Positions 39,273 to 51,445 of a stretch of 64,000 bases of DNA are shown one piece after another; position 1 is the stretch's first letter, and each line of letters begins with the position of its first letter. The translations under genes and the position numbers were made by a program. The stretch covers positions 86,552,001-86,616,000 of the forward strand of contig NC_134468.1 of assembly GCF_964194025.1 (NCBI RefSeq), written 5' to 3'. This stretch comes from Convolutriloba macropyga (lineage: Eukaryota). The notes under the pieces were generated by a model. It worked only from the letters and a program-made list of their open reading frames with translations, was not told the DNA's origin and ran no database searches.

Positions 39273-41859
39273 AACAAGGAGGCTCGTTAATGTACGTTCG
39301 TACATGATGTTCCGAGCCGAGCTGATCTACATTTTTGACCTAATTGTCAATCAAATGAAGAGATAAAAAAAGATGTTTGAGTTTAAAAGTCGTTTCACAT
39401 CCAATCTACTTATTGGACTACATAATACAACGCCTCATTAAATATCTCATAAGATCTGCCATTAAAAAGACTACGAGAAAAAAAAACAAAATATGCAAAA
39501 CTAAAAATTTAACGTCAAAAAATCAATATCTAAATGTAAAAGCACCTAGTAAACAAGTTCAAACTGCAATCAGATGAAGCCTTAACTGCACAATTTTTCT
39601 TTTACATTAACTATATAGCAGATTGGTTTTTTCCCTAATGAGACTAGGTAACCAGTAAAAAAGAAAAAATAAGGAAGCGAAATTCAAAAATCTATCAACA
39701 TTTTTTAAAGCAAATAACTTCAAACGTCTTTAAAATCATTAGCTTTTAGCAAGTTAATTCTCAATAAACTTACTAAAAAGTCATTACAAAACTGATAGGA
39801 ACCGTCTTTGGTTAGACTACGCCATAAAAAAGAACTAGATATGCAGAAAAAAAATTTCAAACAATCTGCGAAAACACAAATTATTGAAGCCATTAAAATC
39901 ATTAGCTATTATCTATATATTGTTTTTTATTTCAATTGTTTTCAGTACTAATTGAGCTAAAATTGTACTGAACGCTTAAATAGTTTCATTTGAGCCTAAT
40001 TTGAAAAAAATGGGCTCTGTTATTACGCGAATGTGGTAAAAGAGAAAAATGAACACAAATTTTGACCACTCATAAAACATTTACATATTGTCCCAGAAAC
40101 AAAACATCAATTACGACATGAAATCAATCAAAAATTTAAATTTTTAATTACCAGGAGTTTGATGAGGATGAGAATATATCTCTCAATGATGAGAATAAGT
40201 CAAAAGTTGACGAAATGAATAACAAAAACTATACAAAAAAAACTATACAAATGACAAAATGAAAAAATGAAAAAAACTTTAAGATTATTCGTTATAAACT
40301 GAATGCATAGAGTAATGTCATTCGTTCATTCCTCAATTAGAAGCTTATGAGACCTCTCATAATCTTACGACTGCATAAAAATTAGAATACAGCAAATTCT
40401 ATAAAAATGAGACAAAGGTGTCGGAGCCATTAAAAAGTTATCCTTTCAGAACAAATGTATCTCTTTTCAATTAATTTTCTGACAACAATAGAATTTTGCG
40501 TTCTTTAACTCTAAGGCTTCAAAATATCAATAAATATGAACGAATATTTTAAAACCACCAAATGTTTGAGAAAACCCGTAGTATCAGCGACATTAATATC
40601 AATGGCTTTCAATGCAAATCAGCCAATACGCTACGTTATGCCTAGATGAGAAACAAAATGCTGTTTAGTGTTGAACAGTCTTCACTAAGACATCAGATTA
40701 AGTCTTGTGACTATGAACACAATAACATTAACAGGCAAAAACCAAAAATTCATTGGAAAAGTGGGAGGAGAAAGTGTCGAAGCGATTTAAGTCAGCGGCT
40801 CTATCTGAAAACTTTGTCCTTGATTCTTTTAACGTCTTCTTTGAGCCAATGGGAACTAAAAACATCAGAATAATGCAACAAGACTCCTAAAGGAAACAAA
40901 ATTACGAAAAAATATCCAAAAATTTAAAAAATATATATAAAAACTCGTCGGATCGAAGTCGTAAAACCAATAATTGAAGATAAAACAGCTAACATGATTA
41001 TTTTGGTTGCAGTATAAAACGGGGTTACTGTCATTACTCAGTCCGAGTTAGATTTTGCAGAAAAATGTTCGCTTTAAGATCGGCTAATCTTCAAAAAAAA
41101 AATTCCAAAAATTATTTATATAGTCTTAACAGCCACTTAAAACACTATATATGTTCACTTAATGCTCATCAGGAAGACTATTGCAGTTTTAGTGAAGGTG
41201 TCAATGGCATGGTACTTCAAAAAATAAACAAAATCTTGGATAGAAATTCAAAATTTTATTAAAATATCAACGAACACTCAGAGTCGAAGCCAAAAAAATT
41301 TGAACGGTTCCTTGAAAGCTAATTTTCTGTTCATTAGGAATCATTGGATTGCAAATGAGGTTTGTCATTAATGGAACCTCAATATGAAAAGTGACTACTC
41401 ACTAGGTGACTTAAGAAAACAAAAAACTGAAAAGTTTTCTAAAAAAACAGCTCTCAGATAGAATTCGAACATTTTGATAGTAAACTTCCTTCTGGGACCA
41501 GAACTTGTTTTTTATCGCCTTTCCTCTATAAGGAACCTAACAATGATTCATTTTGTAGCATGAAAGGTAATTTTGAATTAAAATTTTCATAGAAAACATG
41601 TTAAATCGAACAGAAATTACGCTAAAAGTGATCAAAAGTGAACCACACACCCTGTGTTCACATGAAACTTTAAACCTCGATAACTCCACGAAAAGATCGA
41701 ATTTCAAAAAGATCATTTGAATTCGGATTCTAAGCTGGACAAGCTTTTTAATGCTGCCACTCACATTTCTCTACGATGAATATATCGATCGGCCAAAATT
41801 GTCTGAACAAAAACCCATTTGAGTATATAGTTCCTCCCCCCACAAGTGGGGTCGGAAAA
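39273..41859 (-). mobile_element. HINE-like (Helentron non-autonomous) element, ~2.6 kb
   Basis: AACAAGGAGGCTCG, stem-loop ATGTACG-TT-CGTACAT and subTIR GTTCCGAGCC at one end; GTTCCTCCCCC..GGGGTCGGAA hairpin/subTIR at the other. Confidence 0.75.
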
Positions 41860-44124
41860 ATTAACACAATTTTGCGTTGAAAACAGAAATCATATGAACC
41901 ATTTCCTATGCATCGTACGCACACTTTTCGACTGCTCGTTGAAGCTTTATCTGTCAATTTATCATTGACAGGTAATTTTAGAGGGTTCCAACAGTTGTTA
42001 GAAGCAAATTGTTGTTAACAGACCACACTAAAACATTTAACCATTGAACAAAACAATAAATTGTGCTATCAGTTAAGCAGTCAAAATTTGCTAACTTGTG
42101 GTCAACGAAATTGTTAGAGTGTCCTCTTTGTTTATTCAATTTCTTGCACTTTGGGGAGCATATACTTTTTCTCATCTCCATATTTAACGAAACTTGTGTG
42201 ATGTTGTGAAAAAAAGATTTATTTTTCGTTTTTTCACAATTTTCACAACTTTTTGTTGAAATTTGTATTTATAGGAAGCTATCCATTGGAACTCATCACA
42301 AACTAAAACTTTCTTTGTTAACAAATAGCAGCAATTCTTTGACATCTAAATGGTTGAAATGTATTTTGAATCAATCAATTATGAAGTACAAAATCAATCA
42401 AATAGATTTTTTAAACTTTTGGCATTAAGTGAATTTAAGCATCAACAAATGAAGTTGTCGATAATGCAGAATAGAACTCTCCGCTACCAAAGATTACCTT
42501 CGGTCCTCTCTAACCCAATTACCAGGTTACAAATATTTTATCGAAGCATATCTAAAGCTTGAAAGGAATCTCGTTGCTGTAGGTTGGTAACCCTCAAAAG
42601 AGGCTCAAGTTCAAGCAATGAAAAATAATTAAAATCAAATATATAATTAATTTCTATCGAACTCAATAATTCGTGAGATCAAAATTGACAAAGAGTTAAA
42701 TATTTCAATATTTTGTGTTCCTGGATTTTTTCTAGATTAATTTTTATTTTCAGCATTTGTTTCCAGACTCGTCGAATAAACTATGTTTTGTGGTTTTTCT
42801 TCTGAGAATAGTTATATTTGTTTTTTTTGCTTCATATTTCGAAAAAAAACATTGAATACATTGAATTATTTTGAATACATTGATTTATTTTTGTCATATG
42901 ACGCGACACTTGGGTTGTAACTTATTTGAATAGTTTTTCTAAAAATCAGTAAGCTTGAAGTTTATAGAATTCCTTATAATTGTTTCAAGATGCAGTAGAA
43001 TTTGTATAAATAAAATTTCTATGAGTCGGCTCATATTTCCTATGATTCATGTAATACAGCATTATTTAACTTGAATTTCATTTAAAAACTAAAAGTTGAG
43101 CGGGGATCTTTTTTTTCAAAAACTAGATGAGAAATATGAGCTCTCTTTTTTGCCAAATTGATAAAAATTGAGTAATCGAGCAAATTGAAGATAACTGAAG
43201 ATCAATTTTCAAAATCAGCCAATTTGAATTTCGTCATACCTTGGCGGCGTGATGAAAATAGCAATCAAACAGCAATCTATAATACTTAACCCTTACGTTT
43301 GATTCTGTTTCAAATTAGCGTTCATAACTTTTGAAGGGACAAATTTACCCTGGTTGTTTTGTAAACAAAACTCCCACGCACGTTATGTCTCATGAAATTC
43401 ATTCAAAGTTTCTTAGTCATAAAAGCGTTGCATTCACCTGGACTCAAAAGTAGAAAACGGAGCTGAATTTTAAGGAATAGAAAATTTCAATAAAATCATA
43501 AAAGCAAATTTGTACAGACCAATATTGACGTTTTGATAAGGTTCTGGCTCTCTTTGAAGACACTTTGTTTAATTTGGGCTCAAACTCTGATACCAACTGG
43601 GTTTTGTTCACATGAAAATTGGGGAGATCCAATTAAAGTTCTGGTTGTTCACTGCAACACCTGGCTGAGGATTTGGTTTGGACATAAAACGGGATCGCAG
43701 CCCAAGGAAACTGTTATCTTTGCCCAATTTGGGAAAATATGGGAAAAGTTACCTGGACTAAGCAAGGAAAACACGCCAAATATTTAGCCCAATTTGTGGA
43801 AACTTTGCCCAAATTCCACAAAAGTTAGTCCAAAATCAAAAGCATATTTTGTGTAACTTGGGTCAAACTTACAAAATTTCGAGTTGGATTTTGAGGTAAA
43901 TTCCTAAAATTCATTAAATTTCAAACCGTTTCCACGTGGAACCCGCGAAACATGAAATGTTTGTTCAGTTTATCGCTATTTATTGCTTTCCAGCTATCTG
44001 GTTGAATTAAGTGGACTTACAATTGTGGGTGATATTCTTGGAAGTAATTTGCTCTGCCAAGGGAAGTTTGCTGAACTGAAACTAGAAGGAAAACAAATTC
44101 TACAAGCTACAAACAACCAATACA

Positions 44125-46102
44125 ATGAAATACGAACTAAGCTCAAAACTCTCCTACGCTTCTCGTGAGGAACAAAAAATGGCGACTTCTAAAATTTCTT
44201 CGAGTTCTGTCGTGATTAAGGAAGCTGCAACTTCGTCAATTGTTGTGACGAACGAACAAAAATTGTCCAGAAGTACAAGCCGAAGAAAAGCGATAATGTC
44301 AGCAGTTGCCGACGACGAGAAGCTTTCAACGTCGTCAATATCGCTGGCATCAGCTTCGTCGTCGGAATTCGCAAGCGAACATACATTAAACTCCTCGTCA
44401 ATTGTGTCCCACGGACAGAAAGTTTCGCTGTCAGAAGTTGACGAACATGACTTGTCGAGCGTCGAAGGAGAAAGAAAAATTTTAATGACGTCAGAACTCG
44501 GTAGTCAACAGAGTTTGACGCCAATGACGATCGAAAACGGTGGCGGTGAAACGACTTCAACTGTTGTGAACAAAAAGATAATGTCCTCTTCAACTGCTGC
44601 AAAAAATCTGAGGTCGGCTGTCGTGAACGAAAAAATTTTATTGACTTCGGTTACTGAGACAAGTAAAAAGACATCGTTGACCTCTGTTGCTGATGTGAAG
44701 AACCAGAAATTATCTTCTACGATTGTTCGAAGCAAACAGGACTCGTCATCAACTGATTTTGAGAGTGATGAAATTTCAACTTCAGTTGCTCGCGGAGGAA
44801 AGGCCAGTTTTTCATCTCGAGCTCCCGAGGGTGAAATTGTTTTGGAATCGACAAGTGCGTCGCCTGAACAAATACTGTCCAATTCGGCTGTTGAAAGCCA
44901 GCAGACATCGTCTGCTGATTTCATCAAGCGAAGCACGTCATCTTCTGCAACTGAAAGCCGACAGATGTCATCGACCGTCGTCAGAAAAAAGAGTTCGACC
45001 TCTGCGACCCTCATGACTGAGAAGATATCGTCTTCAAATGGAATCGTAAGTGATCAACAGACATTTTCAGCGACGGGTCTCGTGAACAAAAGGAGTTCAA
45101 TGTCATTAACAGGTACTCAGAACAATCGGAGCTCTTCAACGTCGGCGGTCATGGCAAAGTCAGGCTCGTTATCTGCAGCTTTTGTTGATGAACAATTTTT
45201 GGAATCGACAAACGAAATGGCTCAACCAGTCTTGTCATATACAAGATCTGTTGTCGCTGGCAAACAGAGATCCAATTCGTCGGCTGTTGTCCTGCGCAAA
45301 CAGAACTCCGGGTCATCAGCTTTCGAGGATGATAACGAACTTTCAGAATCTACAGATGATGAACAAATTTCGTCATCGCTGTTTGCCAGAACTGGAAAAA
45401 CGACATCGTCATCAACAGTTGCGAGGAAACAAAGCTCATCGTCTACTGTTGTCGTTAACAGAACCAGGTCATCATTGTCATCTCTTGTAAGACAACAAAG
45501 ATATGCATCATCAGCTGTTGCGAGTGAAACGATTACATCGACTTCGGTTTCCGAGAGCCGCAGAATTACATCATCGTCCGCAACAGAAAGCAAAATGATT
45601 GCATCGACGGCTGTGAAGAGTCAAAGGATTGCGTCATCGTCGGACGCTGCGACTAGAACGATTACGTCATCGTCGGCTGCTGCGAGTAAAAAGATTACAT
45701 CATCATCGGCTGCCGAGAGTAAAATTATTACGTCATCTTCGGCTGCCGCAAGTAAGAGGATTACATCATCATCGGTTGTCGCTGGTACAAAGATTACATC
45801 ATCATCAGCAGCCGCGGGTCAGAAAACGATAAAAGCGTCATCATTTGACACGAAAGATGAAGAAATACTTTCTGATGTGAGCGAACAAAATTCGGAATCC
45901 GAAGAAATAGACGAGAATATTTTGTCCTCATCAACATCGGTTGTTCTTAATCAAAAGCAAGTTGCCTCGACCGCAAACAAGAAACATAACCAGAGCTTGT
46001 TAACTACTACAGTTGATAAGAATAAAAGTGGAAGCAAAGAACAGAAACGGGAGGAGCTGAAACTCGAAAAAGATGGAGGCAGATTGGCTCAGTCTAAGAA
46101 AG
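44125..46102 (+). CDS. Large unknown protein, exon with Ser/Thr-rich, 11-residue-periodic low-complexity region
   Basis: 659 open codons with raised GC relative to the flanks; donor AAG|GTAACA (phase 1) where the composition changes to intron-like. Confidence 0.8.
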
Positions 46103-46407
46103 GTAACAAATATTTATATATTTTTTTAATTTTCCCCCCATTTTGTTGATTTCTGAAGCTGTGGTGATTCGTGATTTTCAAACATTACAGAAAGAAATTG
46201 AAAACACGATGTTAGATCTGAACGTATATGTAATCAATTTTTCCGCAACAGCTGAGACACTTCAAAACGGATCGCATGTGTATCCAATTGTATTCTCACC
46301 TTTTATTTGCTTGGGTGTTTGATATACAAAACAATATGTTGACTCAATTTAAAAGGCATACAATTTATTATTTTTTATTTTTCGTTTTTTTTTTGTTTTT
46401 TTTTCAG

Positions 46408-46455
46408 TTCAAGCGAAACCACTCACATCTGCAAAACACCCCGAACAGTTGGTGG
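46408..46455 (+). CDS. Possible small (cassette) exon VQAKPLTSAKHPEQLV
   Basis: Very strong acceptor (T-run + CAG), open in phase 1; donor ambiguous (GTGGGT phase 0 or GTGTAC phase 1). Confidence 0.35.
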
Positions 46456-46477
46456 GTGTACAAAAGGCTTCTACTTC

Positions 46478-46820
46478 TTTTCCGATTCAGTTAACCCCGA
46501 ATGCTTTAACCACAAGTCATTTAACCCCAAATCATTTCAGCCCTCTATCATTTCAACCTGCCAATTGTCAGTTGACATTGCAGGCATGTTTTGTCATAAC
46601 TAAGTGGATAACTTAATCCAATGTTCGGTTGTGATATTTTCATATCAAATCCTGCGGGTCGCTGACACATGGCCATGGCCCGCGAGGCATGGGCAAGTGA
46701 ATAATTTACTGATTGACAGTTTAAAATCGGGGTGAAATGACAAAGGTGTTAGATGATAGAGGGGTGAATAAATCGGGGTTAAATGATATGGGGTTAAATT
46801 AAAAGGGGTGAAAAAGGTGG
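46478..46820. mobile_element. Foldback/MITE-like element with modular TIRs (TTAACCCC.../...GGGGTTAA)
   Basis: Repeated ATTTAACCCC/ATCATTTCA units on the left mirrored by GGGGTGAAATGA/GGGGTTAAATGAT on the right. Confidence 0.6.
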
Positions 46821-47075
46821 ACAAAGCAAATAAGTTTGCTTAAGGTTTTAATGTCCCTAGAAACATTGTCCTCGGGAGGAACAATATTGGCCCGCCGTAC
46901 ATCTTCAGCAGAAAATCAAAAAAATATCAACTTTTCAAGTATGCACCAAATAAAAAGTGACACACGTAGTTTTATTTTGAAAAACCGCAGCCAACTGATA
47001 ACACTATAACAACTGATCTGCATCGAGTTGCGTCTTAAGAAAAAGCAAAATTATGCAAAAAATATTTTATTAGCG

Positions 47076-49757
47076 AACAAGGCGGCTCGGTAATGTGCGA
47101 TCGCACATAAGGTTCCGACCCCGCTCATCCACAATTTTGGCATAATTGTCTACCAAATGAGGAACAGACGGAAAAACACAAAAAATTCAAGTAATTTAAA
47201 AAAAAAACTGGTGTATAAACGAAAAGATAGCCTCCAAAGCAAACAACTCAGTGGAGTAAAAAATAATGCAATAGATTGATGAAATATTCCGATATTAAGA
47301 ATGCGAGCGAAGACGAACGGCAAAATCAAACAACAACAACAACAAACATTAATTACATCAAAAAAATTATGTCCGTTTTAAAAAACAAAACTTAATAACA
47401 AAGTCAAAATAGCGTCAGATAAAACTGAAAATAAACAAAATAACTTGTGAATGACTAGAAAAAAATGGTTATTCACCAGTTCATAATAAAGCTTGTTAAC
47501 AATTAGACAAAAAAGAACAGAAACTTTAAAGTTAGAAAATTCACTGAACTTTTCTTTAAAAAAACAATTAATTTCAAATTAATGAAAACCATTAGGAAGC
47601 AACTAAAATATCCCATATGTTTACAATTACCAATGCTTCTATAGAAATGAATTAAGAACTCTTGGTATTCAATTTTTTTTTGCAGTTACAAAAAGAAAAA
47701 CAAATAGACGACAAACTAAAAATCAATTAAAACTTGCCAGAAAATGCTTTGGAAGCCATAAAACCATACTTTGGCCCCCAAAATATGTTCGATTAGACCT
47801 TTGTGGAACACCGATTATGTATTATGTGGCCGCTTATTAATGAAAATAAGCAACAATTAGACAAAAACGATGGGATGCAAAATTATGTAATACTTGTTTT
47901 TTTTTCGAAAAAAAATTATTTCCAAAGACATAAAAGCCATTAATTGCAATATGAAAAATTTGAATAGGTTCGTCCATTCTTCCAAAGGAATCACTTGAGA
48001 CCTTCAATTATCCAGAATATGTCTTACGTCTACAAAAAGAACGTCAAATTTGACAAAAAATAAAAAATTCTTTTAATTTTTATTGTGAAAAACCCGTGTG
48101 GAAGCCAGTAAAGTCATAACGAATTCTCTTAAAACAATAGATTTTATGACACCAATCCCTTTTAACACCTTCCCCTGACAAAATTAATGTCATCTCTAGC
48201 CTTTAATTAACGAGACCAGGTAACAAACAGACAATAAAAGGAACAAAATTGCGAAGATGAAATGTTTTTTTTTTTCATTTTAAAAAAACAATTGTTTTCA
48301 AAGTCATGAAAGCCATTATCTATCTTCTGATATCAGAACATCGGCTCATCTCCTTTTCCAGGAAAAGCCAGTCCAAGCATGTCATTGTACAGGAAATTAA
48401 ATACGACTAAAAAGACAAAGTAAAAACGACAGTTAGAGACAAAATTAAAAAAAAAAATTCAATTAAATTCTTCGAGAAAGTACTGTCGAAGCGGTAAAGA
48501 ACCACAATCTATATCTGTAAGGATTAAAATATTATCATCTGTGCGTTATTTTGAACGCAAAAAATGTGATATATGAACTGACAATAACGTGATAATTGGA
48601 CAAAACTAGAATACATGAAAAATGGGAAAATAACTAAAAATTAAAAAAAAAATGGAAAATCTAGTAGTATCAAAGCCAGAACACCATAACTTAAGACATA
48701 ACACCACAATAAAGACTAAATTTAAATTCAGCAGAAAGAAGGAGCACTCTTTGATTGCTGACACTAAGCTACAGTTGACCAACATAAGAGAAAAATGGAG
48801 GCAAAGTTCAAAAAGCCATTTTTTTTTTAAAATCAAATATTTTGAAAATCAAAACGACTATAAGCTTTCAAGCAAACAACTAGATAAATTAATTGTGAGT
48901 TTATTAGGAAACCAATAGGACCTATCACTAGTGAGCTTTGATTTGAAATGTTCTGTTATTTAATTAATATAAAAAAGATCGAATTTTTTTTAATAAAAAA
49001 CCGACCGACGACAATCCGAATTATTTTTGGATTGTAACGGTCCAAGATTGGTACAGAACTAGTCCTGCTAATGTTGATTGTCCGTTAGGATATTTAATTT
49101 TTGGAATATCATTGATATAGATATTTTGTTAGTTAAAAAATTAAAAATAAATGCTGCGTTTTTGATAATCAACGAATAAAGTTAGCAAAATCAGCAAACT
49201 TTTATTTACAGAGCACTCTCAACGGAAGTTGAAGTGAAATTAGCCCTTTTTTTCAGTCTACAAAGATTGTGTTAGTGGTTTTTGGGTGTGCAGTTCATGC
49301 AAATTTAATCAGAGTGGACTAAAGAAACTTATTTCTTGCTGTTTTTTATGAAAAAGTCTGTATTTTGTGAAATATTTAACCAGAAATTGTGACAAAAAAA
49401 TCAATGAAAATAGCCGACAATATAATTTGACTGTAAACGTAAAATTAGCAACATTTATTGAAAAATTTTCTTAAATTTCATCAGAATGGGCGAAATTTTC
49501 GTCAAAAATGCCGAAAAAAGGTGAAAGAAATCAACGGAATTCACTCTATTTTCTCGGAAGTTGAAACCTCTATATCTCCCTGTCAAAAACGAAAATCAAA
49601 AAATCTTTTTAATTCCATTTTTTACGCTGGACAAGCTTTCTAATGAAACAGTCTCAACTCTCTACGATGAATATATCGATCGGCCAAAATTGACTGAACA
49701 AAAAAAACGCATTTGAGTATATAGTTCCTCCCCCCCCCTCAGGAGGGGTCGGAACAA
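47076..49757 (-). mobile_element. HINE-like element, best-preserved copy, ~2.7 kb
   Basis: SubTIRs GTTCCGACCCC (47112-47122) and GGGGTCGGAAC (49745-49755); perfect palindrome ATGTGCGATCGCACAT (47093-47108); terminal CTTGTT on the minus strand; 5' hairpin partner GTTCCTCCCC at 49724. Confidence 0.82.
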
Positions 49758-50233
49758 TAATATGAGACAAGAATTGGAGTGATAGCCAACTTTGAGAAGA
49801 ATGTCAATTTGTACTTTGGCGACTGATTTATGAAAACAGTGATTTCTGAATTTAGCACCAGGAAAATAACGTGGTCAAAAATTTCGGAACAAGCAGTATT
49901 CAACAGCAAGTCCCATGAGAAACATAAATCGCAATAATCTATATAGTCGTTGAAAAAAATCTTTAAAATGCTTCTTCATTCCCCATTAGATGACAATTTT
50001 CTAAGAAGGAGGCCAAAACGAAAAATTAAAGTCGAGATTTTTGAAATTAAATAAAAAAATTGATGTAAATCTGTTCAATTCTAGGTTGATAAGCCTTTCA
50101 TTGAAGTTTGAAAAAAAATTAATTTCATATGATTTATTTTCGAAATTTTTAATGTGGCAACTTTTTTTGGCAAGAGGCCTAAAACAAATTTTAAAAAATT
50201 TGGTTCTTTGTGAAAGGAAAAAAAAATATATTT

Positions 50234-50991
50234 TTCTGGTTCTGCACTGTCACATCAAAACCAACATCAATTTCAATAAAATTTGAATAACTAGCGTATC
50301 GTTCTTTGGAGTAGATAAAACTTTTATTGAGCACTTTCTCAGATTAGTTCTTAAATTACTACTTGCTGAAACTTGTTGTGATTCAAATAAAACGTTGATT
50401 TTCAAAAATTAGAAAACGCGTTTTGAATAGTGAAATACATTTTATGGATAACATAACCGGAGCCAAATCACTTCTTAAGCTTTGCTTAAAATAATAGATA
50501 GCTGTTTATTTGGTACATTTTGACTAATTATTTGAAAATCAACGTTTCATTTGAATCACAAAAAGTATCAGCTAGCGGTAATTTAAGAATTAATCTGAGA
50601 AAATGCTCAGTAAAAGTTGTATCTACTCCAAAGGACGATACGCTAGTTCTTCAAAATTTATTGAAATTGACGTTGGTTTTGATGTGGCAGAAACTATTTT
50701 TTGGTTCTGCACTGTTACATCAAAACCAACATCAATTTCAATAAATTTTGAAGAACTAGCGTATCGTCCTTTGGAGTAGATACAACTTTTACTGTGCACT
50801 TTCTAAGATTAGTTCTTAAATTAATGCTAGCTGATACTTTTGTGATTCAAATAAAACGTTGATTTTCAAATAATTAGTCAAAATGTACCGAATAAACAGC
50901 TATCTATTATTTTAAGCAAAGCTTAAGAAGTGATTTGGCTCCGGTTATGTTATCCGTAAAATGTATTTCACTATTCAAAAGGCGTTTTCTA
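50234..50991. repeat. Long palindrome (arms 50410-50685 and 50717-50991) plus an extra direct copy of part of the right arm at 50234-50412
   Basis: Arms are near-perfect reverse complements over ~275 bp with a 31-bp spacer. Confidence 0.92.
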
Positions 50992-51445
50992 TTTTTTTTT
51001 GCACAAAATTAAGTGCAATAAGAAATATATTTAGTAATTTGTCAGTGATTCAATCTGAACAAGTCCCAAATCATGTTTACAATTGAATCAAGCCTTCCTT
51101 TGAGAATTTCAAACGCTCTTAGTTTGGGGGGAGAAATTTATGTTCTCTTGCTCCAAAATTCTTTTGATCACATAAAAAATTGAATTTGAAAATTGGTAGC
51201 AACTTTTTTTTAAATTAATACCTAGGATTTCTGCAATAAACACAAACATTTGCAAAAAAATATTTAAAAAAGTGAAACACATTCTTTTGCAAACTGAAAA
51301 GACCTGGAAACTAGTTATAAGATTAACGTCGGGTTGAGAACGTGAGAAAGAAAATTTTTTGAAAACCAATAAGTGTCATTAACAAAATATTTGAGAACCT
51401 GCTGGCTCTTAATTTTTAGTTTGTTGCTCATTTTGATAATTATAG

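Noticed and set aside
51373-51445. Apparent N-terminal signal or transmembrane segment of the 1652-aa ORF
   Set aside because: It starts at GTG and is the translated T-rich acceptor tract; the exon most likely starts at 51446.
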